This document shows, piece by piece, positions 63,810-64,000 of a stretch of DNA of 64,000 nucleotides (the stretch's first letter is position 1; the number at the start of each line of letters is the position of its first letter). The notes below the pieces were generated by a model. That model saw only the letters and a list, made by a program, of their open reading frames with translations, was not told the origin of the DNA and made no database searches. The translations under genes and the position numbers were made by a program. Source of the stretch: Curvularia clavata (taxonomy: Eukaryota); the NCBI GenBank assembly GCA_023920165.1, contig CP089278.1, forward strand, positions 744,001-808,000, in the 5' to 3' direction.

Positions 63810-64000
63810 GCTGCCGATATGTCTATACACAACACAAACGAGAGAAAGTCAAGACCCGTGGGTTAGGTAAGCGATGCAAGGTTGAAGAAGTAGATGCTTG
63901 AGAACATGAGAGTGCTGATTGACATCGGCATTGATGATCGGCAGGGAATACTTCTATGAGAGATGCATTTCTCCTGTAGTGAGACTAGGCAGATTTTCCC

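Overview
Eukaryotic, intron-containing DNA from a filamentous ascomycete. Short GT..AG introns with CTRAC branch points and Zn2Cys6 factors support this; a Dothideomycete origin is plausible but only inferred. I find about 29 protein genes and one intron-containing tRNA-Gln(CTG), with no CRISPR, rRNA or intact transposase. The left part is a catabolic-looking neighbourhood: Zn2Cys6 TF, class II aldolase, divergent carboxyltransferase/biotin-carboxylase pair, Ohr peroxidase, BCKDH E1-beta. It is followed by MAM3/CNNM, a VIT-vWA protein, ARG1, head-to-head DOA4/VPS27, a HeLo-like-NACHT-WD40 NLR, a GT32, an Mx/dynamin-like GTPase, TIM17, a compact Trk transporter, three alpha/beta hydrolases, GFA, a second Zn2Cys6 TF and several orphans. 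Three signals stand out. (1) The VIT-vWA protein carries an exact internal copy of the ribosomal P-stalk motif SDDDMGFGLFD, a second terminal YGLFD and an Spt5-N-like FIDVEAEIDD motif, in what may be a bait/decoy region. (2) A two-subunit biotin-dependent carboxylase has a PTS2-like signal on one subunit and a PTS1 on the other, predicting a peroxisomal enzyme of unknown substrate. (3) A degenerate inverted repeat brackets the NLR. Exon boundaries were read by eye and are approximate.
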